Shown piece after piece: positions 8,601 to 16,612 of a stretch of 40,041 nt of DNA. Origin of the DNA: a virus; IMG/VR virus record IMGVR_UViG_3300046390_000025, positions 1-40,041 of that record; one strand, given 5' to 3'. A program made the translations under genes and the position numbers. The notes beneath the pieces are model-generated. The model was not told where the DNA came from. It was given only the letters and a program-made list of their open reading frames with translations, and did no database searches. Within the stretch, counting starts at the first letter, position 1. Every line of letters begins with the position of its first letter.

Positions 8601-10326
8601 TGGTCACATCCGGGCCGGCGTTATCCACCAGCTTGACCATCAGGTTCTTGTCGCCGCCGAAATAGCTGCTCAGAGTCGGCGTCATGTCGGTGATCGCCGT
8701 CATATCGCCCCGCGGCCCCAGATCAACTATCGGTACCCTTAAGCGTTTACCGGTCTGCGGATCGACCACATCAACCCGGGCCGTGCGCCAAGCCGCATAA
8801 TTGTTGCCGTACTTGGCCCGTAAAGCTTCTTCGGGGATCGCTACCCCGGCCACGCTCGTCGTATCAAGTTTACCCAGGCGTGGCGCGCCTACCCCGTTAT
8901 CGGCTCCGCTAGCAATATCTTCTGGGGTCGCAAAAGTTGTCGCCTTGCCGGAGAGGAAATCCTGGGGTTTTTCAGACTGGTAGAGCCCATTAGCCTGCTT
9001 GGTCACCGGTTGGGCCTGCGGCGCCGCTCCTGGCGTTCCAACCACTTGCCCAGAGCTTAATTGATCCCGATAGGCCAATGCCGCAGTTTTAGCCGACAAA
9101 CCTTCGTCCGCTTCCTTGTGGCCAGGATTAACTTCACCGTGACCGTAAAGCGGCGTATTCGGGTAACGTGCCGCGATGAACTGGGCGAATGCCTGTTTTT
9201 GGGCCGGTGTCACATCCTTATCGTCCTTGGCGATGATCTCCATGCCGACGATATTTTGGTTTGAGAGACCGGTGCCTTTTGGTCCCCAGCCAGCCAGAAT
9301 GTTTTGCGCACCCGGCCCACCCGTTTGGAAGATGTTACCGTCGCGGTCCATCACGTACTGAACGCCAAGACCGCGCTCTTTTAATGTCGATACGACACCG
9401 TCAACCGTGCCGCGTCCGCTGGTGTGATGAACGATAAAGGCGGCAGGATCATTATTGCCAACAGCTTGCACCCGTTGCGGAAGATCGGACCCATCGGGGT
9501 TCGTCGTAATCGGTTGCGCTGGCTGCACCTTGGGCGGCGCCCCAATCACTTCAGCAGGCTGAACCGCCGGCGCTACCGGCACAAACTTGTAACCTAAAGC
9601 GCGCTGGACTTTCGGCGGAGTAGGCGTGACGTCCAGACCTTCCTCGCCCATAAAAGGCGTTACCGGCACGGCCGGACGCACTTCCGGCGCAGTAGGAATC
9701 GCGGTTGCTCGAGGCGCCGTACCCGGAGGAACCTTAACCAGCTCGCCGCGCTCAACCTGCTCGAGCTGACCCGGCGCTTCAGCCGACGGCTTAACCAACT
9801 CGCCACGTTCAACCTGGGTCAATTGATCCGGCGCTTGACCGGTAACTACTTCCTGCGGCAACCCAACTGCAGCCTTAGGAGGCGGTTGTGCCGCCAAATC
9901 TTCCGGCGTTGCCAGTTGCGCCCGCGGAATCTTTTGCCCGGTATCCCGATCAATAACGTAGGGTTGGTCCCCTTCTTCCGGCGGCGGTGAATAAATCTTT
10001 TGAGTCGTCAGGGCCGGCGAAACATCCAGTCCTTGCTCGCCCATAAATGTTCCTTGTGGAACATTCTGTGGAACATCCTGCGCCAGAGGACTTACCGGCA
10101 CAAACCGGTAGCCTAAAGATGGAGCTTTCTCTTCGGCAACAGGAGAAACCGCCTCTTGATCAATCGCCTCCTCCTCGGCCAGTGTATCCGTTTCTCCGGT
10201 ATCTGAGAGAGTCCCAGCAGCCGCCTCACCGTTTTGAACATCAGAAGTATCCTCCTCGTCGTCTTGCCCGTTTAACGCATCGGCTACTTTGCGTTTACGG
10301 ACCTCATCAGCCAACGTTGCAGCCAT
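5599..10326 (-). CDS. 1575-aa virion-associated multidomain protein with an N-acetylmuramoyl-L-alanine amidase (Amidase_2/PGRP-like) domain and a DPBB/3D-like lytic domain
   Basis: Amidase-like segment AAFIVHHTSGRGTVDGVVSTLKERGLGVQYVMDRDGNIFQ...GMEIIAKDD...LYGHGEVNPGHKEADEG (about nt 9090-9460). RlpA/3D-like segment SGKATTFATPEDIASGADNGVG...RVDVVDPQTGKRLRVPIVDLGPRGD (about 8690-8960). The size and position resemble podovirus internal/ejection proteins. Confidence 0.85.
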   Translation of the reverse strand: MAATLADEVRKRKVADALNGQDDEEDTSDVQNGEAAAGTLSDTGETDTLAEEEAIDQEAVSPVAEEKAPSLGYRFVPVSPLAQDVPQNVPQGTFMGEQGLDVSPALTTQKIYSPPPEEGDQPYVIDRDTGQKIPRAQLATPEDLAAQPPPKAAVGLPQEVVTGQAPDQLTQVERGELVKPSAEAPGQLEQVERGELVKVPPGTAPRATAIPTAPEVRPAVPVTPFMGEEGLDVTPTPPKVQRALGYKFVPVAPAVQPAEVIGAPPKVQPAQPITTNPDGSDLPQRVQAVGNNDPAAFIVHHTSGRGTVDGVVSTLKERGLGVQYVMDRDGNIFQTGGPGAQNILAGWGPKGTGLSNQNIVGMEIIAKDDKDVTPAQKQAFAQFIAARYPNTPLYGHGEVNPGHKEADEGLSAKTAALAYRDQLSSGQVVGTPGAAPQAQPVTKQANGLYQSEKPQDFLSGKATTFATPEDIASGADNGVGAPRLGKLDTTSVAGVAIPEEALRAKYGNNYAAWRTARVDVVDPQTGKRLRVPIVDLGPRGDMTAITDMTPTLSSYFGGDKNLMVKLVDNAGPDVTKNPQLWADEQAAIRQGFDSSTLQPGVQKIVPKLGYTFKPVVPSAEGAARQQADAFNQQNFRATIAQLPEQNQSLPALINRLDQPIEGVPDAMRRNYQQAVKDEATKYAQDYYGIKDPKEALAKIMSSPDAGTFFGEIKDKALPYLNQAVTAFNQSAVTIDQNRLDMLAKALHPEATIEGRKAFINSITSIQDEPTRAATINHLIGTLDPNNPALAALNPVDIADSASRMANPEYQKRQQAEIARQVEVNTKALRPDPRLQGTAAGWWADQFAQLPKNVIEGVTGPIGQSLMLSEIYQGTVARLRQDNPGMSEDELKARAAGSTMAQIVPAEVLNRLAGGKLGGLTGAIENPVQRIGLSALAHLGIGGTAGAAQQIGINVAEGRPTAEGVLQAAGAGAVQAVPGVVGGVVHGAREPGVRPEGIKPAPKDEAVQPPLVTTEEPQLTKRPLSAIDVLGPEPPRNIAPEQADDVLKVVAHNVFPDLNDYEAKQVADRMAALTARNLETDRFRYELERFLPQGLPYSFGSTTRLMQSYRAFQDGPTVYTALELQRAQDAFNAVRNPQVRAPGALKLPIMWREVEARIPEEQPPSAPVEGGTTFTTAKGSTYVLHDDGTTTRNKAYHPEHGVADQGLQPRSEQTFFVTPEDAQKLAEFQARGGPKTIIAPLGDGRFGLKYVEGPDAGKFERRTVVNGRTAPEVGLMPVEMWQGGSKVHFGNEITDVTRPPARAVTQEDVARRAYEIYDERTKNGEPGTALDDWAQAQRELSQATEPVLPGTMSEAEPITSAIANRYVQERMAAGELGQIDPSQGQSTEDMVQQGLQMSPAQREGLIDNFVKGKGGDLDQQGAAIRSKEALLSEQARAASRAATADPTNPQLQAQARAAADAVTAFHNGPIKKFKQVWSDSGRALQREIPLDYTTFNGMKEAYLKGNNKEAPANLEPKLKQMADVVSKTADAERVALNNLGKEIGKEIQGKVMPADDQIRTRLMEIMKDLPCPGGAS

Positions 10327-10329
10327 AGA

Positions 10330-11601
10330 TCATGCCAGGTTTTGCAGTTGATCCTGCGCCCGGGCCCGGGCAATCGCGTCAGCCAACGAGCCCGACCCGA
10401 CATCCGGCACTGCCCCGCCAGTCTGATCCAAGCCAACCCCAGTCGCCATATCCGGCGGTGGTGGCGACCCCGATTGGTCACCAAGAGCCAATTGCCCTCC
10501 CTGGTCACCGGTATCGACCTGGCTCGTTTTCTTTGCTTCCGGCTGCTTTTCTTCCGGCAATTTTTGGCCGACCTGTCCGGAATTTGGATCAATGAAAAAG
10601 GAATTGTACGGCAACGACCTGGCCTCGAGCTGGTTAGTGGGCTTGTAAGGATTAACCTCCGTGCCACCCGGTTGCCCGCTGTTGGGGTTAGCACTCGGGA
10701 ATTTATCGCTAAAAATAGGTTGTTGCCCTGACCTGACGCTCGCCGCGTTATACCGCGAAAGCCAATAATTGGCCTGATCCGCCGGCAGCGTCATAATCGG
10801 CGTCGGCGGATCATCCGGTTTCTTGCCAGGAGCATTAATCGTGTAATTGCCTTTATCGTCCACGGTCGCATTCGCCAAATTCGGCGCAATCCTGGCATAG
10901 GCACCCTTGCCGTACTTCGCGTCGAAATCGGCCTGAACAATCTGAAATTTATCCGCAGCGGGATCCGTATTCGGATCAATCGATCCCGGCTCATACGCCG
11001 CCGGTTTTCCAGCTTTTTTTCCCGCAGCCGCCGAACCGCCATCACCGCCGCCACCCAGATATTGCTGCCATCGGGCTGCGTTACCGGCTCCCGTGCCGCC
11101 TCCTCCGCCACCACCTCCGCCTCCACCTCCGCCACCACCTCCGCCTCCGCGACCCGTGCGTTGTTGAGCCAAGGCAAGCTCCGAGGCAATCTTGGCCCGT
11201 TGCAACGCATCGGCTAAATCCGCCTGGTTCTGCTGTTGACGCATCGCCAGCTCGCCCGTGCCACCCGTCTGCGGCGCCGTGCCGACCGTAGGCGTAATAT
11301 TCGAAGTAATTTGGCCGGTTGTTGGATCCACCACCGGCCCGACCGCCCCGGCTCGTGGCGGGGTCTGCGTGTTCATGATCGCATTAGCTGCCGCGTTCTG
11401 ACGGTTCTGCAGCATCGTGTTGATAACTGCTTTCGCCAGGTCGCCGCCAATGTTGCCGGTGCTCGAGGTGTCAACCCCACCACCAAAGCCACCTTTGGCG
11501 CCACCACCCCGGGGTTGCGCTGCGGCTCTGGATTGTGCTGCGCCTCGCGGCAGATAATAGCGCGGATAATAAGGTCGATTAGGCTGAATTCTGGCTGGCA
11601 T
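10330..11601 (-). CDS. 423-aa Gly/Pro/Gln-rich low-complexity protein with an 18-residue poly-Gly run
   Basis: 18 consecutive Gly codons at 11095-11148 by my count. C-terminal LADAIARARAQDQLQNLA. Sits in the late operon between other low-complexity genes. Confidence 0.75.
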   Translation of the reverse strand: MPARIQPNRPYYPRYYLPRGAAQSRAAAQPRGGGAKGGFGGGVDTSSTGNIGGDLAKAVINTMLQNRQNAAANAIMNTQTPPRAGAVGPVVDPTTGQITSNITPTVGTAPQTGGTGELAMRQQQNQADLADALQRAKIASELALAQQRTGRGGGGGGGGGGGGGGGGGGTGAGNAARWQQYLGGGGDGGSAAAGKKAGKPAAYEPGSIDPNTDPAADKFQIVQADFDAKYGKGAYARIAPNLANATVDDKGNYTINAPGKKPDDPPTPIMTLPADQANYWLSRYNAASVRSGQQPIFSDKFPSANPNSGQPGGTEVNPYKPTNQLEARSLPYNSFFIDPNSGQVGQKLPEEKQPEAKKTSQVDTGDQGGQLALGDQSGSPPPPDMATGVGLDQTGGAVPDVGSGSLADAIARARAQDQLQNLA

Positions 11602-11604
11602 GAC

Positions 11605-11937
11605 TCACCTCGATGGTTGTTGACTTAAAGCATTGGCTGTCTGTGCGCGGCGAATGGCATCTGAGAGATAAGCGATCAGTTCTTGCTCATTGCCGGAATC
11701 CGTAGACGCAACCGGCGCCTGCGGCAACGGCCGGTTAAGTGAGGTTAATGGCATTTGAGCAGGCAGCATCCGGCCACTACCGACTGGAGCGCCAGCGCCA
11801 CCCCCGCCGATACTTTTTCCTAAAAGCTGTGCGGCTTTTGCCCAATCAATGCCGCCGCCAGCTCCTGTACCGGCACCTTGCAGATAGGACGTATCCGGGT
11901 CTGGATCAAACTGGGTATTCAACAGGTCGCCCGGCAT
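11605..11937 (-). CDS. 110-aa Gly-rich protein
   Basis: The ORF has a TGATG overlap with the upstream 53-aa gene. The C-terminal LSDAIRRAQTANAL echoes the C-terminus of the 423-aa protein. Confidence 0.6.
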   Translation of the reverse strand: MPGDLLNTQFDPDPDTSYLQGAGTGAGGGIDWAKAAQLLGKSIGGGGAGAPVGSGRMLPAQMPLTSLNRPLPQAPVASTDSGNEQELIAYLSDAIRRAQTANALSQQPSR

Positions 11938-12098
11938 CAGTAGTAGGAACCTCCTTTTTTCTTGGGAATCTTCGCTCCGCTCCGGCGCGCCGTATCAAGA
12001 GCCGCCGCTACTGCTTGCTTCTGCGGATGGCCGGATTTAATCATCTCGCGGATGTTCGAGCTGATCGTTGCCCGAGAGCTTCCTTTTTTAAGCGGCAT
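11937..12098 (-). CDS. 53-aa basic protein (below the track cutoff)
   Basis: My translation: [53 protein letters not shown]. Its stop overlaps the next ATG (TGATG). Confidence 0.55.
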   Translation of the reverse strand: MPLKKGSSRATISSNIREMIKSGHPQKQAVAAALDTARRSGAKIPKKKGGSYY

Positions 12099-12100
12099 AA

Positions 12101-12277
12101 CTAGGGATGAAGTTTTTTGAGGGTTTGGGCCAGCCGCGCCCGTTTGCCAAGCTTGCCACCCTTACTCGCAGCGGCCGCCAACTTCTTCGCCGGAATTGTC
12201 TCACCTTCTTTAACGCCGAGACTCTTTCGCAAACTTCCAGGTTTCTTGATCGCTCCTTGAATCCAATTCTTTGCCAT
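12101..12277 (-). CDS. 58-aa basic protein (below the track cutoff)
   Basis: My translation: [63 protein letters not shown] lies 7 nt upstream of the ATG. Confidence 0.6.
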   Translation of the reverse strand: MAKNWIQGAIKKPGSLRKSLGVKEGETIPAKKLAAAASKGGKLGKRARLAQTLKKLHP

Positions 12278-12287
12278 CTAATTGCTC

Positions 12288-14054
12288 CTATTTGAAATAG
12301 CCAGACGCGGCCCCACCTATAGCTCCTATTCCCGCGCCTACCAACGTGCCAATTCCGGGAATCGCCGAGCCCGCAAGTGCTCCCGAGGCCGCGCCTCCCA
12401 GAGCCCCTATCCCGGCTCCCATCGCGCTGCCACCCCCGCTCCTCTGGCCGTAGGCTTGCTGGAGCCCGTACGCCTGCAGGTTGGCTTGGTTAATGTTGTT
12501 GTACCAGTTGCCGGCCAACTGGCTCATATCCAGGCCGTACTGCGGGAAGCTCGGCGCACCGGCCCCAGTATACTGTTGACCCAGTGCTGCAGGTTGATAT
12601 TGCGGACCGCCTTGAGCCGCCATCCCGGCACGCTGCTCAGCTGCCCCTAAATAACTTGCGCCAGCCTGATACGGAGTTTGCCCGCTCCCAAGGTAGCCCA
12701 AAGCAGCACCTTGTGACTGGAGCCGCGCATTCTGCTGGGCTTGCCAACCCGCAAGTTGCGAGCTGTAACCTTGCAACGCGGCATTGGCTTGCGTGCCGTA
12801 TCCCTGTAGATATCGATTGTAACCCTGATTATAGAGCGCGTTGGCGACATCGCCTAACCCCAAACCACTGCCCAGATAGCTTTGTTGCTGGCCTAGCGCG
12901 CTTTGCAGCATTTGCTGACGTTGGAGCAACCGCTGTTCACCGGCACTCCCGCGGGCCATCGTTTCGGCAACCAGTTGCGGCGTGCCGTACACATTGCCGC
13001 GAGCGATCTGGGCAGCCCTGGTTCCCTGTTCAACCTCGCGAATTGTGCCCGGATCAAGCTGGGCCCCGAGCGCAGCTTGCGCTTGCGCCTGCTGCACGAA
13101 CTTGTCCATACCGCCCGCTAGCGCCACCCGTTGCGCGTACCCTTGCGGATCGATCTGCTTGTACAGGTTCAGATAACTTTGAACATCTCCGGCCGCAGGC
13201 GCCGCTGCGCCTCTTGATAAATCAAGCCCGAATTTCGGCATCCCGCCAAATTGCGGCGCTGCCGGTCCGCCCCCAAGATTGGCTAAATAGCTCGCTCCTA
13301 AACCCCCGCGCAACGCTTCGCTGACCGGATCGATCTGCCGCATCTGCGCCAATGCAGCACTCTCGGGTTGCTGCTGGCCGGGGCCACCGATCGCCTGCGC
13401 CGGCTGTTGCGGACCGGGTGCGGCTCCCCATCCGACCGTATTGGATTGAAAGGCGCTTAAGAGCTGGTCTGGATTGACATCCACTCCGATCGTTACCGGC
13501 TGGCCGTTAACCAACATCGTCTTGCCGACATTGCGTCCGTACCAAGCTTGCCACTGAGGAATCGAAACCGAAGTCGGAATCTGTTCTGCTGTCGTTGTCG
13601 CCATAGAAGTACCACCTCCTTGCGCGCCTGGAGCGCCGGTTGCGCCTGGAGCACCTGCGCTCCCGGCTTGAGCGCCACCAGGCTGCGGCGCTGCGCCCCA
13701 ATAGCTTGGAGCGGCTTGGATACCCGTTCCGGCTGGTGCCGCCTGAGTTCCGGGTGATCCCTGCCCAGCCTGTTGCGCCTGCCGTTGAGCTGCCAGCATT
13801 GACATCGACCTGAGCTGCTCAATGTTAGGCAAAAGAGTTGAGCTGCCGCCAGGCGCAAAGGCGGCAGCATTGGCCCGCATATCAAGCGGTTTGTCGTTCA
13901 GTGTTATACCGCCGGTGTGCGGATCATACTTAATGTTGCCGACATCTTGCCAATTGCCCCGGTTAAACCATTGCGCCTGACCCGTACTCGGGTCCCATCT
14001 TTGCCCTGGTTGCCATTCGAGCCAGTTTGTCTGCGCTGTTGGCTGAGCAGCCAT
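12288..14054 (-). CDS. 588-aa Gln/Ala/Gly-rich low-complexity protein with a C-terminal glycine-zipper segment
   Basis: Long ORF. Gln/Tyr/Gly-rich repeats (LQGYGTQANAALQGYSSQLAGWQAQQ...). The C-terminus GGGSAMGAGIGALGGAASGALAGSAIPGIGTLVGAGIGAIGGAASGYFK is a GxxxG-type zipper. Confidence 0.8.
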   Translation of the reverse strand: MAAQPTAQTNWLEWQPGQRWDPSTGQAQWFNRGNWQDVGNIKYDPHTGGITLNDKPLDMRANAAAFAPGGSSTLLPNIEQLRSMSMLAAQRQAQQAGQGSPGTQAAPAGTGIQAAPSYWGAAPQPGGAQAGSAGAPGATGAPGAQGGGTSMATTTAEQIPTSVSIPQWQAWYGRNVGKTMLVNGQPVTIGVDVNPDQLLSAFQSNTVGWGAAPGPQQPAQAIGGPGQQQPESAALAQMRQIDPVSEALRGGLGASYLANLGGGPAAPQFGGMPKFGLDLSRGAAAPAAGDVQSYLNLYKQIDPQGYAQRVALAGGMDKFVQQAQAQAALGAQLDPGTIREVEQGTRAAQIARGNVYGTPQLVAETMARGSAGEQRLLQRQQMLQSALGQQQSYLGSGLGLGDVANALYNQGYNRYLQGYGTQANAALQGYSSQLAGWQAQQNARLQSQGAALGYLGSGQTPYQAGASYLGAAEQRAGMAAQGGPQYQPAALGQQYTGAGAPSFPQYGLDMSQLAGNWYNNINQANLQAYGLQQAYGQRSGGGSAMGAGIGALGGAASGALAGSAIPGIGTLVGAGIGAIGGAASGYFK

Positions 14055-14056
14055 TT

Positions 14057-14605
14057 TTAAACCGATAAATAACTCGGATAACGTAGTGGCCCAGTTAAAT
14101 TCGGGGCTTGCGCATTACTGGGTCCAACCAGCCGCGGATTAGTCCCGCGGGTATCAACTGCGCCGGTCGATAAATTCGACGCGACCGCTGACCCCTGCGC
14201 CTGCAGATCCGCCAGGCTCGGCACATTGGCCGTTCCCGGCACCGTATAGGCCGTTGGTGCCCGGAAACTGAACGCCGTAGGGTCTTGCCCATAAAGCTGC
14301 CCTAACCGATCCGTAGCGGCTTTTAAACGCATCTGGCGCTGGGCATAGGCCAACGGATCAACGCGCGACTGGATGTCCTGCTGTTGCTGCGCTCCCTGCA
14401 GCGCCGCCTGACCGGCCAGCGCTTGCTGCGTCTGCATCTCTGCCGGCCCAAGCGCTCGAGTAGTCGCCAGCTGGGCGTATTGCTCGATCGGCTGATTAGC
14501 AATACTCATCATCTCGCCGGCTCCGGCTGTACCGACCGCGGCCTGCGCCGCTTCACCCGGATGAATGACCTGTGGTTGTGGTGCGCTACCTCCTCCTGCT
14601 CCCAT
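14057..14605 (-). CDS. 182-aa Gln/Ala-rich protein
   Basis: ORF in the late operon. Composition matches the neighbouring low-complexity genes. Confidence 0.65.
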   Translation of the reverse strand: MGAGGGSAPQPQVIHPGEAAQAAVGTAGAGEMMSIANQPIEQYAQLATTRALGPAEMQTQQALAGQAALQGAQQQQDIQSRVDPLAYAQRQMRLKAATDRLGQLYGQDPTAFSFRAPTAYTVPGTANVPSLADLQAQGSAVASNLSTGAVDTRGTNPRLVGPSNAQAPNLTGPLRYPSYLSV

Positions 14606-15065
14606 AATTTTTCTCCTCTATTTCAGTATTAATTAATCCGTAAGTAAGTCGCCTGGTCAGTTTTTCGTACTGGTCCCAAGTGTACATTCTGGGCGCTCCT
14701 CCCTCGGTCCGCTCACCCCGATCCCATAAAATAATCTCCGGTTTGCCCCAGCGCCCAGTGAGCTCGAAAAACGTGTACGCAATCGCTAACGGATCTTTTG
14801 CCGCCAGCAGCTCAACCATGCAAAACTTGCCGCCAGGCTCGTGCACGAACGGCTCCAGGAACTGTTCCAAGTGACCAAAAAGCTTTACCAGACACACCCC
14901 TCTGGCCTGGCCCTCATCAATCAGGTAACTGATCGTCCCGCGATTCCAAAAATACGCAATCCAATCGCACAATAGACCGTAAGGCATCACGCTGAATTTG
15001 CGCCCCTCGCGAAGGAGCGGCTCTAAGATATCCATCGTTTTGAGATATTCTTTGGCGTGATTCAT
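14586..15065 (-). CDS. 159-aa protein, unknown function
   Basis: ORF, ATGA-coupled to the 515-aa gene (15065/15062). Globular-looking composition with no motif I recognise. Confidence 0.65.
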   Translation of the reverse strand: MNHAKEYLKTMDILEPLLREGRKFSVMPYGLLCDWIAYFWNRGTISYLIDEGQARGVCLVKLFGHLEQFLEPFVHEPGGKFCMVELLAAKDPLAIAYTFFELTGRWGKPEIILWDRGERTEGGAPRMYTWDQYEKLTRRLTYGLINTEIEEKNYGSRRR

Positions 15066-16609
15066 GTCGCCACCAGCGGCATCGATTCAAAGGCCGCCAC
15101 CTTGATCTGGAACAGGGTCCAGTTGCCCGTACCCTCTAATAGAAACTGCAGCTCGGTGCAGATCCCGACACCTAAAAGTCCGAGCGGAACGTTCTTGTAG
15201 CCTTCGCGATCAAGGTCGAACGGGAACCCTGGGATCGGCAGGCTTAATAAGTAATTATTGGTTGCCGTACTGCGCTTAGTCAATTCAATCGTCCGGTCGG
15301 CGATTGTGGTGATATCAACCGGGTCATTACTGTCCAAAAACTGGAACCGCGCCGAGTGCGGCCGGATCTGGTTAATGTTCTCGCCGAACGTGAACGAGCG
15401 ACTCCGCAACCGGCTCCAATAATACTGTTTGGAGTTGTCAATATTCTGATCGTAATACTGGCGTTCAACCGGATAGGTGAAGCGCGAAATAATCCCATCC
15501 CGGGTCGCTACCAGGAGTACCGTATGATTAGGATCAGTCCGATCACGCGCAAAATCGCGTATTGCCACATCGACCCCACCGACATCGAAACACCAGAGCC
15601 CCTGCCATTTGTCCAAGCTAACCGAGTAAATCAGGCAGAAATTATTGAACGTGAAATTGTCCAGCGGCACGCTCAACATATAAAGATCGTTCCAGAATGT
15701 CGCCCGCGCGTTATCACACGCAGCCCAGTTGATCCGGTCAATGTACCCTTGGATATCCGCGCTGACCGGCCGCCAGATCCCCTGCTGATCGCTGGCCGGC
15801 GCCTGGCTGCAGCGATAAACCCCGCGTCCGGTCTCTGAAAGAAAGATTACATCGGTCTCAGTCTGCACAATGGTGCCCTGACACCGTGCCCCGATCGTGC
15901 CGCTAACCCGATTGATCTCCCAATCCGGCACATTCAAGCCAGGCCCGGTCTCGATCACGTAGGTCGCACCGTTACGAAAAACCACAATCCGCTGGGTTTG
16001 CCAAAGGCATTGCCCCGTAATTACATCGCTGGCTATCGGATCGATCGTTACCGACCCCGTCGCGACGTCGAAAACTTCCGGGTTCAGCGCATCACTAACA
16101 ATTAGCGTGTTCTGGTAAGCGTACATTAACCGTTCAACTGCCCAGATCGGATACTTGGCAGTTGGTCCGTTGGTCGGCAACGCCACGGTACCAAAACCGG
16201 CAGCAACCGAATATTTGTTCAAAGTCGTGCCGGAACTGAAATATAAAACGGCATTAGCCAGCGCTGCGTACACCTGTGCCCCGGGCGCATACGCCGGACC
16301 GCCGGTCGCACTTGAAAGCACGTTGCTCCGGTTATCGTACTTGTACCAATTCGAGGCGTCATTAGCCAGAAAGACCCCGGTACCCAGATGATTGATTGAA
16401 TCCAGGCTGCCCGTAGGGCTGCTTTGCTTTAGCCGAATAATGCCTGGCCGCGGCCGGTTTAAACCGTCCCGTTGCGTTAAGCGGTTCTCGGCATCTTCGC
16501 TTGCCGTCCGATCAATCGCGCTCGGCGGCAGACTGTTATTGACCCCCTGGATCGGGACACTCGCATCGAAGAGAACTTCGTCATCAAGCTGGGGGTTGTA
16601 GAGCGGCAT
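15062..16609 (-). CDS. 515-aa virion structural protein (possible tail tube/nozzle-type protein)
   Basis: Long ORF between the fibre genes and the internal-protein block. Beta-rich composition. Function inferred from position only. Confidence 0.7.
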   Translation of the reverse strand: MPLYNPQLDDEVLFDASVPIQGVNNSLPPSAIDRTASEDAENRLTQRDGLNRPRPGIIRLKQSSPTGSLDSINHLGTGVFLANDASNWYKYDNRSNVLSSATGGPAYAPGAQVYAALANAVLYFSSGTTLNKYSVAAGFGTVALPTNGPTAKYPIWAVERLMYAYQNTLIVSDALNPEVFDVATGSVTIDPIASDVITGQCLWQTQRIVVFRNGATYVIETGPGLNVPDWEINRVSGTIGARCQGTIVQTETDVIFLSETGRGVYRCSQAPASDQQGIWRPVSADIQGYIDRINWAACDNARATFWNDLYMLSVPLDNFTFNNFCLIYSVSLDKWQGLWCFDVGGVDVAIRDFARDRTDPNHTVLLVATRDGIISRFTYPVERQYYDQNIDNSKQYYWSRLRSRSFTFGENINQIRPHSARFQFLDSNDPVDITTIADRTIELTKRSTATNNYLLSLPIPGFPFDLDREGYKNVPLGLLGVGICTELQFLLEGTGNWTLFQIKVAAFESMPLVAT

Positions 16610-16612
16610 TTC

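Noticed and set aside
12584-13324. 246-aa plus-strand ORF, and similar long plus-strand ORFs (25950..26729 at 259 aa, 28282..28938 at 218 aa, 22379..22906 at 175 aa, 30765..31295 at 176 aa)
   Set aside because: Each lies antisense to, or out of frame with, a convincing minus-strand gene. Each has Arg/Pro/Ala-heavy shadow-ORF composition and lacks motifs. Such ORFs are expected by chance in stop-poor, relatively GC-rich coding DNA.
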